Origin: an uncultured Chloroflexia bacterium
GTDB lineage: Bacteria; Chloroflexota; Limnocylindria; Limnocylindrales; CSP1-4
Assembly (NCBI GenBank): GCA_963828165.1
Contig: CAWHDR010000001.1
Location: 96,001-160,000, forward strand
Direction of reading: 5' to 3'
DNA length: 64,000 nucleotides
This document shows, piece by piece, positions 20,151-30,450 of the stretch (the stretch's first letter is position 1; every line of letters begins with the position of its first letter). The notes beneath the pieces are model-generated. The model worked only from the letters and a program-made list of their open reading frames with translations, was not told the DNA's origin and made no database searches. The position numbers were made by a program, and so were the translations under genes.

Positions 20151-21212
20151 CTACTCGGTGTCCTCGGCGAACACGTAGCGCATGGCGGTGGACGGATCGG
20201 GGTCGGGCTGGGACTCGGCGTAGTCGGTCGCCTCCTCTACCGAGGCCTTGATCTCGGCCGTCAGCCGCTCCTCGATCTCGTCGGTGAGGACGCCGGCGTC
20301 GCGCAGCTGCGCCCGGAAGGCCGGCACGGGGTCGCGCTCGCGCTCGGCCGCGAGCTCGTCCTCGCTCCGGTACTTCGTCTGCTGGTCGTCCGAGGAGTGA
20401 CCGGTCAGGCGGGTGACCTTGGCCTCGATGAGCGTGGGGCCGTCCCCTGCCCGCGCCCGGGCGACCGCGTCGCGCGCGGCTGCATAGCAGGCCAGGACGT
20501 CGTTGCCGTCCACGATCACGCCGGGGATGCCGTATCCGGCCGCACGATCGGCAACGTTCGGGCTCGACACCTGGCGCGCCATCGGGACGCTGATCGCGTA
20601 GCCGTTGTTCTCGACCACGTAGATGAACGGGAGCTTGTGGATCGCCGCGAAGTTCAGGCCCTCGTGGACGTCGCCCTGGTTGCTGCTCCCCTCCCCCATG
20701 CTCGTCATCGCGACCTGGCCGGTCTTGCGGACCTTGGCCGCGAGCGCGATCCCGACCGCGTGGAGCAGCTGCGTCGCCACCGGCGACGAGACGCTGACGA
20801 GGTTGTGCTCGTGCGAGCCGTAATGCCCGGGCATCTGGCGACCGCCGGAGCTCGGGTCGTTGGCGGTCGCGTACTGCGCCGTCAGGATGTCGCGCGGGCT
20901 CATCCCGAACGTGAGACACGTGGCGATCGAGCGATAGAACGGGGCGATCCAGTCGTGGCCACGCTTGAACGCCCAGGCGATCCCGACCTGGGCGCCCTCG
21001 TGGCCCTGACCGGAGATGACGAACGGGATCCGCCCGGCTCGGTTGAGGATCCACATCCGCTCGTCGAGCGAGCGGGCAAGCGCGACATAGCGGTACATCT
21101 CGACGAGGTCGGCGTCGGTCAGGCCGACCGAGGCCGCGAGGCTGCCCGCCGCTTCGCCGGGGGCGGCGCCCTCGGTGCCTCCCTTGGCGGCGTCGCTCTT
21201 GGTCACGGCCAT
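20151..21212 (-). CDS. bkdAA: 2-oxoacid dehydrogenase E1 alpha subunit (branched-chain type)
   Basis: GRIPFVISGQGHE, GRQMPGH, TPP motif GEGSSNQG...ENN, HSSDD; ATG 21212 after GGAGG. Confidence 0.93.
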   Translation of the reverse strand: MAVTKSDAAKGGTEGAAPGEAAGSLAASVGLTDADLVEMYRYVALARSLDERMWILNRAGRIPFVISGQGHEGAQVGIAWAFKRGHDWIAPFYRSIATCLTFGMSPRDILTAQYATANDPSSGGRQMPGHYGSHEHNLVSVSSPVATQLLHAVGIALAAKVRKTGQVAMTSMGEGSSNQGDVHEGLNFAAIHKLPFIYVVENNGYAISVPMARQVSSPNVADRAAGYGIPGVIVDGNDVLACYAAARDAVARARAGDGPTLIEAKVTRLTGHSSDDQQTKYRSEDELAAERERDPVPAFRAQLRDAGVLTDEIEERLTAEIKASVEEATDYAESQPDPDPSTAMRYVFAEDTE

Positions 21213-21231
21213 CGTGGTCGATCGGCCTCCG

Positions 21232-22674
21232 TCAGAAGTTGATGGACCGGCCGTCCACCGCCATCGCCGCTTCGCCGATGACCTCGGACAGGGTCGGGTG
21301 GGCGTGGGTCGCGCCGCCGATCTCCCACGCGGTCGCGTCGAGCTCGAAGGCAAGCGAGGCCTCGGCGATGAGGTCGGTGGCATGCGGTCCGACGATGTGG
21401 ACGCCGAGGATGTCCTGGTTCTCCGGGTTCGAGATGACCTTCGCGAAGCCCTCGTACTCGCCGCCGATGATGGCTTTGGCGATGGCCTGGAACGGGACCT
21501 TGCCCACCTTGTACGGCGTGCCCGTCGCCTTGACCTGCTCCTCGGTCAAACCGATCGAAGCGATCTCGGGGTGGCAATACGTGGCGCGGGGCTGCTTCGT
21601 GTAGTCCATCTCGTGGACATCGGCTTCGCCGGCGATCACGTGCGCCGCGATGAGCCCCTCGTGCGCGGCGGTGTGGGCCAGCCACAAGCCGCCGATGATG
21701 TCGCCGATGGCGTAGACGTGCGACTCCTTCGTGCGCATCCGTCCGTTGACCTTGATGACGCCCTTGTCGGTCTCGACCTTGGTCGTCTCGAGGCCGATCT
21801 CCTCGATGTTCGCAGCTCGACCGGTCGCGACGAGCATCATGTCGGCGCGCAGCTCCCCTTGTTCCTTGCCCTCGGGGCCGACCATCAGGCAGATGCCGTC
21901 CTTGTCCGTGCTGACTGCCGCCGGATCGAAGCGGGCGTTGGTCATCACCGTCATGCCGCGCTTCTCGAACGAGCGCTGGACGACCTTCCCGACCTCGGCG
22001 TCTTCGAGCGGGACGATCTGGGGCGCGTACTCGAGCAGCGTCACCTTCACGCCGACGTCGTGGAACATCGAGGCGAACTCGACGCCGACGGCGCCGGCTC
22101 CGACGATCACGATGTCCTTGGGCAGGGTGGTCATGCGCAGGATGTCGTCGCTCGTGACGATCTTCTGACCGTCGGGATCCAGGCCCGGCAGGCTCTTGAC
22201 ACGAGAGCCGGTCGCGAGGATGACGTCCGTCGCCTGGAGGACCCGCTCGCCACCCTTGCCGGGGGTGCCGTCCTCACCGGGTTGGGCGACGCGGATCTTC
22301 TGCGGGCCGTCGAGGCGGCCTCGGCCGTCGATCCAGGTGACCTTGTTCTTGTCGACGAGGGTCTTGAGCCCGGTCCACATCCGCTTCACGACCTGGTCCC
22401 GCCGCGCCGCCATCTGCGCGTAGTCGATGGTGGCCTCGCCCGGGAGCGTGAGTCCGAAGTCCTTCGCGTGGCGAAGGCGGTCGGCGAACGCGGCCAATTC
22501 GAGCAGCGCCTTGGTCGGGATACAGCCGCGGTGGAGGCATGTGCCGCCGATCTTGCCCTCGTCGACGAGCGCAACCTTGAGCCCGAGCTGGCCCGCACGG
22601 AAGGCGGCCGTGTACCCGCCCGTGCCAGCGCCGAGCACGACGAGGTCGAAGTCGTTGGAGGAGCCGACGGCCAT
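21232..22674 (-). CDS. lpdA: Dihydrolipoyl dehydrogenase E3
   Basis: GAGTGG, GGTCLHRGCIPTK, GAGAVG, HAHPTLSE. Confidence 0.96.
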   Translation of the reverse strand: MAVGSSNDFDLVVLGAGTGGYTAAFRAGQLGLKVALVDEGKIGGTCLHRGCIPTKALLELAAFADRLRHAKDFGLTLPGEATIDYAQMAARRDQVVKRMWTGLKTLVDKNKVTWIDGRGRLDGPQKIRVAQPGEDGTPGKGGERVLQATDVILATGSRVKSLPGLDPDGQKIVTSDDILRMTTLPKDIVIVGAGAVGVEFASMFHDVGVKVTLLEYAPQIVPLEDAEVGKVVQRSFEKRGMTVMTNARFDPAAVSTDKDGICLMVGPEGKEQGELRADMMLVATGRAANIEEIGLETTKVETDKGVIKVNGRMRTKESHVYAIGDIIGGLWLAHTAAHEGLIAAHVIAGEADVHEMDYTKQPRATYCHPEIASIGLTEEQVKATGTPYKVGKVPFQAIAKAIIGGEYEGFAKVISNPENQDILGVHIVGPHATDLIAEASLAFELDATAWEIGGATHAHPTLSEVIGEAAMAVDGRSINF

Positions 22675-22875
22675 GGGTCAGGGTGCCTCGGGATGCCTCG
22701 GCGCGGGTGCCATCGAGCGTTCGTCGAGGGGCTGCGCGGGCGGATGGGTCATCGCGGGTCATCGTACGGCCGGGGTCGCGCGGGGCGCAACCGAGGCAGG
22801 CCCGGCGGCTGGTGCTAGAGTTCGGCCCGAGCGCCGCCCCCCATCGGCGGCCCGTGATCGAGGTCGAGGCCGAGC

Positions 22876-23523
22876 GTGGACCCAGCGATCCTGTTCCGGG
22901 CGGGGTTGCTCATCGTCCTTGCCTACGTCGCGGGCTCCATCCCGGTCGGATCGCTCGTGGCTCAGCGAGTCGGCGGGCCGGATCTCCGCTCGGTTGGGTC
23001 GGGCCGGACGGGCGGCACCAACGCACTGCGCGTGCTCGGGCGCAAATGGGCCGCGCTCGTCGTTCTCGGCGATCTGTCGAAAGGGGCCTTGCCCGTCCTG
23101 GTCGCGCGAGTCGTGACGGGCGATCCGCTCGTCGAGGTGCTGTGCGGTGTTGCCGCCGTGGCCGGTGCCATCTGGAGCGTGTTCGCCGGGTTCCGCAGCG
23201 GACGCGGCGTGGGCACCGGCGTGGGTACGATGCTGGTGATCCAGCCCCTGGCGGTCGTCCTGGCGGCACCGGTCTTCGTGCTGGTGATCGTGCTGACGCG
23301 GTACGTGTCGCTCGGATCGCTGCTTGGGTCGGCGGTCATGTTCCCCGTGATGCTGCTGCTCCTCCTCGTCGTGCCGGAGACGCCGCTGCCGTACGTGATC
23401 TACTCGGCGGTCGGTGCCGCGCTGATCTGGCTCGCGCACGCGGACAACATCGATCGCTTGATCCACGGGACCGAGCGCAAGTTCGACCTGGGATTGCTCG
23501 CAGGCAAGTCACGGAGCGGCTGA
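22876..23523 (+). CDS. plsY: Glycerol-3-phosphate acyltransferase
   Basis: GSIP, DLRSVGSGRTGGTN, GRGVGT, YVSLGS, HADNIDRL. Confidence 0.92.
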   Translation: MDPAILFRAGLLIVLAYVAGSIPVGSLVAQRVGGPDLRSVGSGRTGGTNALRVLGRKWAALVVLGDLSKGALPVLVARVVTGDPLVEVLCGVAAVAGAIWSVFAGFRSGRGVGTGVGTMLVIQPLAVVLAAPVFVLVIVLTRYVSLGSLLGSAVMFPVMLLLLLVVPETPLPYVIYSAVGAALIWLAHADNIDRLIHGTERKFDLGLLAGKSRSG

Positions 23524-23530
23524 CACCCGC

Positions 23531-24466
23531 TCAGACCGCCGCGTCCCTCGTAGCCGTCCGTTCTCGGGCGATGGCCGCCGCGGCACCGAGCTGAGCCACG
23601 GCCTCGACCGTCCGCGGCCAGAGGTGGACGATGAGGTGGCTGACCCCGAGAGCCTCATAGCCCGCGAGAGCCTCGGCGATCTCGTCGACGCTGCCGGTGA
23701 TCGTCTCCTCGGGCCGGTCGTCGTCGGCCGGGGCGGTGGCGACGAAGATCCCGGCCGTGAGCTCGAGGGAGTCTCGCGGCCGGCCCACCGCGTCGAGTGC
23801 GGCGTGCAGCCGCGTGATCCGCTCGCGCAGCTCGTGGGCATCGTCGGGATGTCCGTACCAGGCCGCGTTCCACGCATCGGCGTGGCGCGCCACCAGGTCG
23901 AGCATCCGCGGCCGCTTGCCGGCGATCAGGATGGGCGGTCCGTTCGGGCGTGGACCCGCGGGCACGGGACGGGCGTCGGCCGCCCGCTGCCAGCGGCCAT
24001 CGAATGTGGCGGTCCCGGCCCGTAGCATCGGGACGATGATCTCGAGCGCCTCAGCGAACTGGCCCACGCGGTGCTCGAATTCGTAGCCGAAGGCGTCGAA
24101 CTCCGGCTCGTGCCAGCCACACCCGAGTCCCAGGATCAGTCGCCCGCCGCTCACCTCGTCGAGCGTCGTCGCCATCTTGGCGGTGAGCGCGGGATTGCGG
24201 AACGGGACACACAGCACGAGCGGGCCGATCTGGACGCGAGTCGTGATGGCGGCCACCGCCGAGAGGATCGTCCACGCCTCGTGGATGCCATCGGTGCCGC
24301 CGGGCTCCGCGGTCTCGTCGTGGCGGAACAGCAGGTGATCCGCGCACCAGACGGAATCGAGGCCGCCCTCGTCCGCGGCGAGGGCCATGGCCCGGAACAG
24401 GGACCAGCGGTCGGGTCCGGCCAACAGCTCCTGCTGGCCGATGGGCAGCATCAGGCCGATCTTCAT
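23531..24466 (-). CDS. LLM-class flavin/F420-dependent oxidoreductase
   Basis: DSVWCADH, FRNPALTAKMATTLD, GGRLILGLGCGW. Confidence 0.9.
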   Translation of the reverse strand: MKIGLMLPIGQQELLAGPDRWSLFRAMALAADEGGLDSVWCADHLLFRHDETAEPGGTDGIHEAWTILSAVAAITTRVQIGPLVLCVPFRNPALTAKMATTLDEVSGGRLILGLGCGWHEPEFDAFGYEFEHRVGQFAEALEIIVPMLRAGTATFDGRWQRAADARPVPAGPRPNGPPILIAGKRPRMLDLVARHADAWNAAWYGHPDDAHELRERITRLHAALDAVGRPRDSLELTAGIFVATAPADDDRPEETITGSVDEIAEALAGYEALGVSHLIVHLWPRTVEAVAQLGAAAAIARERTATRDAAV

Positions 24467-24508
24467 GACCCGATGCTAGCTCGCGTGGACCGTCCCTGGG
24501 GAATCGTT

Positions 24509-24537
24509 CGACCCGGGTCGGCTGACAACCCGGGTCG
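24509..24537. terminator. GC-rich hairpin downstream of zinc-ribbon gene
   Basis: cgacccgggt...acccgggtcg inverted repeat. Confidence 0.4.
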
Positions 24538-24590
24538 GGATCTACGCTGGTTCGGCGGGCCGTTGGTCGGCCCGCGCCGAGAGGACTAGG

Positions 24591-24968
24591 TCAGCCGCCG
24601 CGCTGGGTGCGGAAGCAATCGCTGCAGTAGACGGGCTTGCCGCTCGTGGGACGGAACGGGACCTGGGCTTCCTTGCCGCAGGACGAGCACGTCGCCTCGA
24701 ACATCTCGCGCGGGCCGCGGTCGCGGTAGCCACCGCCGCCGCCGCCGTAACCACCCTCGCCGCCGGCGGAGTATCCGCCGCCGGCGCCGTAGCCGCCGTA
24801 CGAGCTACCGCCACCCTCCGCGTTGCGCGCGGCCTTGCGGCTTGCGCGACACGAGGGGCAACGTCGCGGCTCGGTGAAGCCGCGCTGCGCATAGAAGTCC
24901 TGCTCGGACGCGGTGAACACGAATTCCTGTCCACAGTCCGCACAGGTCAGGTTCTTGTCGTTGTACAC
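24591..24968 (-). CDS. Zinc-ribbon / CxxC-x17-CxxC domain protein with Gly-Tyr-rich linker
   Basis: CADC...EQDFY...PRRCPSC and CSSC...VPFRP...VYCSDC. Confidence 0.92.
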   Translation of the reverse strand: MYNDKNLTCADCGQEFVFTASEQDFYAQRGFTEPRRCPSCRASRKAARNAEGGGSSYGGYGAGGGYSAGGEGGYGGGGGGYRDRGPREMFEATCSSCGKEAQVPFRPTSGKPVYCSDCFRTQRGG

Positions 24969-24977
24969 GAAGACGAA

Positions 24978-25107
24978 ACTCCTCTCGGTAGCCGGCGCGA
25001 TCCCGTCGGGTTTCTCGCGTCAGCCGTGAGAGGAGTCCGAGTGAGTGCCTGCGTCGAGCTACGTTCTGGCCACGGACGTTTCCGTGGCGTTTTCAGGCGG
25101 GATGGTA
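24978..25107 (-). promoter_or_regulatory. Structured 5' leader sequestering the SD of the zinc-ribbon gene
   Basis: ACTCCTCTC/GAGAGGAGT stem 24978-25036 contains the SD; upstream gcctg/caggc-closed junction 25047-25098; TACCAT -10 at 25102-25107. Confidence 0.55.
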
Positions 25108-25153
25108 CGCGCTCACATCGTGCCTGTATAGCCCCGACTTTTGGGGCATCCGC

Positions 25154-25865
25154 TCACGCGCCGAACGGCGCGACCGCGAACAGGTGGCTGAACTGTTTGC
25201 ACCAGATGAGGGCGCTGCGGAATCGGGCCGGGTCGATGCCGTCAGGGAGGTCGTAGCCGAACGATCCGTCGGTCGCCTTCAGCTTTCCGAGCTCGAGCGC
25301 ATCTTCCGCGTATCCCTCGGCATCGGGCGAGAGATACACGAACAGGTCGGGGCCGTTGCGGACCGAGAATTCGTCGAGCCGCAGGTGATAGCGACCGGGT
25401 TCGACTTCGACGATCGACGCCGTCCCGCTTCCGAAATGGAAGTCGTCGGTGCCGCTGAATTCGCCGCTCGCCACGGTCGTGGCGGTGAACGGCGTCGGCT
25501 GCCGGGGTCGGAGGCGCCGTCGGCGAGCCCGAGGGCACGACCGACGGCGCCGATTCGTTCGATGGGGCTGCGGAGACGGCCGGAACCGGGGTCGACGCGA
25601 TCGCGGCCGGTCCCGGTTCGAGGAGTGACGTGCGGATGAAGATCGGCGAGCCCAGGTACCAGCCAACCGGCAGCATCACCGCCAGCGCGACCGCGGCCAC
25701 GACGGCGGTGCGCCCAGGGTGGCGACGAGCCGCGGCGATCCAGCCCAACCGGGCGGCGACGAATACGGCCAGGACGGCCAACGCGATCGACGCGATGGCA
25801 ACCGGGATCCGGAACTCGTACAGGGCTCGGGCGACGTCGTTGGCGATGTCGCCGATCGATGGCAT
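25154..25865 (-). CDS. DM13 domain membrane protein (frameshift ~25498)
   Basis: Two TM segments, WYLGSPIF; DM13 motifs HFGSG, NGPDLFVYLS, IWCKQFS in second frame. Confidence 0.8.
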
Positions 25866-25907
25866 GGCGCGATGGTGGATGCCGCGCGTGACCGTCGTAT
25901 GACGGCG

Positions 25908-27640
25908 TCAGCCCGTGATCGGCGGGGCCGCGAGCGCCGGCTCGGTCGCCGACTCGTGCGCCGACGGCGATGGCGCGATCCCGTATTCGACGGTCGCGGT
26001 CGCGAGGTACGCATCGACCTCGAGGTCGCGGCGCGCGGCGTCCCAGCCGAGCTCGCCGGCCATGATCTCGGCGACCCGCGGCGCGACGCTGGCCCCGCGA
26101 TCGGCCAGCTCCGGGCTCAGACGCAGCCGGCGTGACAGGACGTCGTCGACCGACAGGGCGAGCTCGCGCCGGACACCCCAGGCCACCTCGGCCTCGAGGA
26201 ACGGCCGACCCGCCACGAGCGGTCGGAGCAGATCGAGCTCGCCGCCGAGCGCAACGACGCCGGGCGCCTCCGTGCCGTGACGGGCCACGAGTCGCGCGGC
26301 GGCTTCGGGATGGGCCGCCGCGATCGGCCTTGACGCTGCCGATCTCCGCGACGATCCGGTCCAGCACCGCACGTTCCGCCGCCCCGACGAGCCGTCGCTC
26401 GGCCGTCGCGCTTGGCAGCCGCTCCGCTCCCTCACGCCCGAGGACCGCGTCGATGACGTCGCGGGCCATGACGCGGTAGGTCGTGTACTTGCCGCCACCG
26501 ATCCGGACGATGCCGTTCTGCTCGATGGTGACCCGGTGCTCGCGCGAGGCCTTGACCGTCGAGCCGTGGCTCGGCGCGATGAGCGGCCGCAGCCCCGCGT
26601 AGGTGCCGACGACGTCGCTCCGCCGCAGGTCGACGTCGAGCGTGTCGTTGACGGTTCGCAGCAGCTCGTCGATCTCCCAGCCGTCCGCGGCAGGGCGGGC
26701 GGAACGGCCGTCATAGGGCGCGTCCGTGGTCCCGATCAGCCAGTGATCCGGCCACGGGATGAGAAAGACGACCTTGCCGGGGACGCGGATCGTGAGTCCG
26801 GCCGACATCGGGATCCGCGGACGAGGCACGACGAGATGGGCACCGCGGCTCGGGAGGATCCGGGTCGACCGACTGGATAACGGGTGCTCCGGATCGGCCG
26901 CCCAGACGCCGGTCGCGTCGACGACCGCCCGTGTCCGGATCTCGAGCTCCGCGCCCGAAGCGACATCGCGGGCGCGCAACACGCGATGCGATCCCGACGT
27001 GGAGGCATGACCAAGACCGCGGGCCTGGACCCGGGTGACGGCCAGGGACCGGGCATCCTCGGCAAGCGCGGTACGGACGACGGCGAGGGCCAGTCGGGCG
27101 TCGTCCTCCATGCCGTCGTGGTAGAGCAACCCGCCACGCAGGCCCTTGCGTCGCAGGGACGGGGCGATCGCGATGGTCTCGTCGACGTTCAACCGGCGGT
27201 GCCATCCGCCGTCGTGGCGGGCACCCAGAAGGTCGTACAGCGTCAGACCCGCGTCGTAGAACGCCTTGCTCAGGAACGGGATGCCACGGATCGGGAAACA
27301 GCTGCGGTTCGAGGGTCACGAGGTGCGGGGCGTTGCGCAGAAGCCGGCCCCGTTCGGCGAGCCCTTCTCGAACGAGCCCGATCTGGAGCTGCTCCAGGTA
27401 TCGCAGGCCACCGTGGATGAGGCGCGACGATCGCGACGACGTTCCGGACGCGATGTCGTCCTGCTCGATCAGGGCGGCGTGAAGGCCGCGCGTCGCGGCA
27501 TCCAGCAAAGCTCCGGCGCCGACGATCCCGCCGCCGACGATGACGACGTCCCAGGCCGTGTCGACGAGGCGCGACAACTCCGTCGCGCGCCGCTCGGTCG
27601 GGGTGGGTGCGTTCGCCGTCGAGGGCGTTGCCTCGCTCAC
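25908..27640 (-). CDS. glpD: FAD-dependent glycerol-3-phosphate dehydrogenase/oxidase (frameshifts ~27296 and ~26329)
   Basis: GGGIVG, GTSSRSSRLIHGGLRYL, DATGVWA, AGLRPL, SREH, GGKYTTYR, DDVLSRR spread over three frames. Confidence 0.88.
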
Positions 27641-27867
27641 TGGCCGTCGTCGATCGGCCGACCTCGCGAGATCCGCCACAGCAACCAGCCCGTGCCCACG
27701 ATGAGCACGCCGATCATCACCGGCCCATCGAGGATCGCCCCCCGGATCGGATCCGGCAGGAGGCCCGTCAGCGCGGCGGCCCCGATGACCACCACGACGA
27801 CGCCGGCCGCGACCGTGAGGACCTCGAGCCAGCCCGGCTGGGAGCCGCGGGGACGTGCGTCAACCAC
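27637..27867 (-). CDS. Small two-TM membrane protein
   Basis: Two hydrophobic helices; overlaps both flanking genes as in an operon. Confidence 0.65.
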   Translation of the reverse strand: MVDARPRGSQPGWLEVLTVAAGVVVVVIGAAALTGLLPDPIRGAILDGPVMIGVLIVGTGWLLWRISRGRPIDDGQ

Positions 27868-28693
27868 GATCGGCCTCTGGCGGGATCCCGATCGGCGCGA
27901 CCAGGACCTTGCCGGCATGCGCGGCTCCGCGTCGGGTCGCGAGACCGGTCTTGGGTCGGTGGAACGTCACGGTCAGGTCGGCGCGCACCGCGGGCTCCGA
28001 GGGCTCACCGCTCGACAGGTCGATCGCTGTCGGAGTGTCGACCGCCACGACCGGGATGCCGCCGGACCGGGCGTGCTCGATGAGCTCGACCGCCGACCGG
28101 ATCGGATCGCGAAGCGGTCCGCGGACCCCCGTTCCGAGCAATGCGTCGACGATGACCGCGGCCCGCTCGATCCCGTGGCCGAACAGCGCCACGTCACGGG
28201 CGACCGGGGCGTGCACCTTGCTGATGCCGGTGTCGCGGGCGATGCGGTCCCAGTTCCGCGATGCGGCCGTTCCCCTGGGTCTCGCCTCGGTCGCTACGAC
28301 GGCAACGACGACCCCCGCGCCGGCGAGGGCGAGACGCCGTGCTGCCACGAACCCGTCGCCCCCGTTGTTGCCCGGGCCGCACATGATGACGATGGGCCCG
28401 GTGCCCCAACGGCCCGTGTCGACGGCCAGGGCACGGACCGCCGCCGCCACCGCCGTCCCGGCGTGCTCCATCAGCCGCTCCTCCGTCACACCCAGGGCCT
28501 GGGCGCGGCGGTCGGCGCCGGTCATCGCCTCGGCACCGATGGCCGGCATCGCGGCCCGATCGGCCCAGCGGCGCCGGAGCTCCCGCAGGTCCATCTCGAA
28601 GATCGAGGGATCGTTGGCGGGCAGGGACCGCATGCCCGCCGCATCGGGCGCGGCGCTGCGCCGATCGCCGGCCGGGAGGGAGGTGGAGGACAT
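27860..28693 (-). CDS. nnrE: NAD(P)H-hydrate epimerase (stand-alone YjeF_N)
   Basis: LMEHAG, CGPGNNGGDG, VDALLGTG, AVDTPT. Confidence 0.9.
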   Translation of the reverse strand: MSSTSLPAGDRRSAAPDAAGMRSLPANDPSIFEMDLRELRRRWADRAAMPAIGAEAMTGADRRAQALGVTEERLMEHAGTAVAAAVRALAVDTGRWGTGPIVIMCGPGNNGGDGFVAARRLALAGAGVVVAVVATEARPRGTAASRNWDRIARDTGISKVHAPVARDVALFGHGIERAAVIVDALLGTGVRGPLRDPIRSAVELIEHARSGGIPVVAVDTPTAIDLSSGEPSEPAVRADLTVTFHRPKTGLATRRGAAHAGKVLVAPIGIPPEADRG

Positions 28694-28727
28694 GGCGAGC
28701 CAAGCGTAGCCGACCGGGCTCGACGGG

Positions 28728-29651
28728 TCAGGCGAGAGGCAGCCGTGCTCGAAGCGCCGAGTCCGCGCCCTTGGCCGATCCGATCTCGAGGACCCCGTCG
28801 GCGGCCATGGCGTCGGCGGCGGCCCGGACCTGTCCGAGGTCGTGGGTCCCGATCGCGTCGTCGAAGGCGACCCAATGCCCGTCCGGCGCCGCGCGCAGCC
28901 GATCCAGGATCCGGCCGCGAAGCCAGCGGTTCGTCGCTGGGAAGCGGATGGCCGGTGGGCGACGGGTACGCGGACGGGGCGCTGCCGGCGGGGCGGGCGA
29001 GGCGGTCGCGCGCGAAGCGAGGCGACACCAGGGACGGGCCGGACACGCGTCGCACCGAGGCTCGCGAGGGCGGCAGAGCATCGCGCCGAGGTCCATGAGG
29101 GCGTGGGTCCAGTCGCCCGGCCGGTCCTGCGGGACCGCGTCATCGGCGACGTCCTGGAGCGCACGTGCCGAAAGGACGACGGCATCTCCCGCGACGATCC
29201 GCCCGAGGACGCGACGGACATTGACGTCGACCGCGCCCACCGGCGTGTCGAACGCGATCGCAGCGACGGCCCGCGCGGTGTAGGGCCCGATCCCGGGGAG
29301 CGCCTGCAGCTCCGCCACGGTCGACGGGATGCGACCGTCATGCTCGGCGACCACGATCCGGGCCGTCCGCCACAGCGCCAGGGCCCGCCGGTCGTACCCG
29401 AGACCCTGCCACGCCCGTAGCACGGCCGCCGGGGTCGCTGCGGCGAGCGCCTCCACCGTGGGGAATCGCTCCGTGAACCGCTCCCAGTACGCCGCCGCCC
29501 GCGACGCCTGGGTCTGCTGGGCCATGACCTCGGACACGAGGATCCCGTACGGGTCTTTCGTCCGCCGAAACGCGAGCGTCCGGCCCTGCTCCCCGTACCA
29601 GGCGAGGATCGCGTCCCGAGCCTCGGGCGGGACGCTCGTCGGGGTGGTCAC
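28728..29651 (-). CDS. mutY: A/G-specific adenine glycosylase (short MutY type)
   Basis: VSEVMAQQT, WQGLGY, LPGIGPYTA, VDVNVRR, CRPREPRCDACP...C Fe-S motif. Confidence 0.9.
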   Translation of the reverse strand: MTTPTSVPPEARDAILAWYGEQGRTLAFRRTKDPYGILVSEVMAQQTQASRAAAYWERFTERFPTVEALAAATPAAVLRAWQGLGYDRRALALWRTARIVVAEHDGRIPSTVAELQALPGIGPYTARAVAAIAFDTPVGAVDVNVRRVLGRIVAGDAVVLSARALQDVADDAVPQDRPGDWTHALMDLGAMLCRPREPRCDACPARPWCRLASRATASPAPPAAPRPRTRRPPAIRFPATNRWLRGRILDRLRAAPDGHWVAFDDAIGTHDLGQVRAAADAMAADGVLEIGSAKGADSALRARLPLA

Positions 29652-29733
29652 GCCACGAGGATAGCCCGGGTGAAGCCGTCGTTGATGGCGGGGTGAGCGG
29701 CACGCGGTAGGATGCGAAAGCAGCATTCACGAG

Positions 29734-30450
29734 GTGTCGCCGATGGTCGTCGAGACCAGCACGTTCACCGGATTCCGGCCTGAAGCCATCGACTTCCTGG
29801 CCGAGCTCGCGCAGAACAACGATCGATCCTGGTTCCAGCCTCGCAAGGCCGAATACGAGCGCCTGCTCAAGGAGCCGATGGAGGCGTTGGTCGGCGCCCT
29901 TGCGGATCGATTCGAAGCCCGCGGGCTGCCCCTCGGGGCGGATCCGAACCGCTCCGTATCCCGGATCTACCGCGATACGAGGTTCGCCAAGGACAAGTCG
30001 CCGTACAAGTCGAACATCTACGCCAGGTTCCCGTGGATCGGCCGCGGCTCGGACCACGACGCTTCGGACGAGGGTGCCCACGGTCCCGGCGCCTACGTCA
30101 GCGTGATGCCCGGTGAGAGCTACGTGGGCGGTGGCATGTGGCGGCCGGAGAAGCCCCGACTCGACGCCTTCAGGGCGGCGATCCTCGACGACCCCGATCG
30201 CGTCCGGGCAGCGCTGGAGGATCCAGGCTTCATTGCCGAGTTCGGGCCGGTCCACAGCCACGACTCGCTCAAGCGCGTGCCGCCCGGATTCCCACCGGAC
30301 CATCCCATGGCCGAGCTGTTCCGGTACAAGGACGTGATCTTCGGGCGCAACCTGTCGGACGACGAGGTCCACTCGCCGGACCTGCCGGACATCCTCGCCG
30401 ACGCGTATACCGCGGCCGTGCCCGTGTTCCGGCTCCTCTCGAAGCTCTAG
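29734..30450 (+). CDS. DUF2461 / TIGR02453 family protein
   Basis: FLAELAQNNDRSWF, RIYRDTRFAKDKSPYK, LKRVPPGF. Confidence 0.9.
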   Translation: MSPMVVETSTFTGFRPEAIDFLAELAQNNDRSWFQPRKAEYERLLKEPMEALVGALADRFEARGLPLGADPNRSVSRIYRDTRFAKDKSPYKSNIYARFPWIGRGSDHDASDEGAHGPGAYVSVMPGESYVGGGMWRPEKPRLDAFRAAILDDPDRVRAALEDPGFIAEFGPVHSHDSLKRVPPGFPPDHPMAELFRYKDVIFGRNLSDDEVHSPDLPDILADAYTAAVPVFRLLSKL

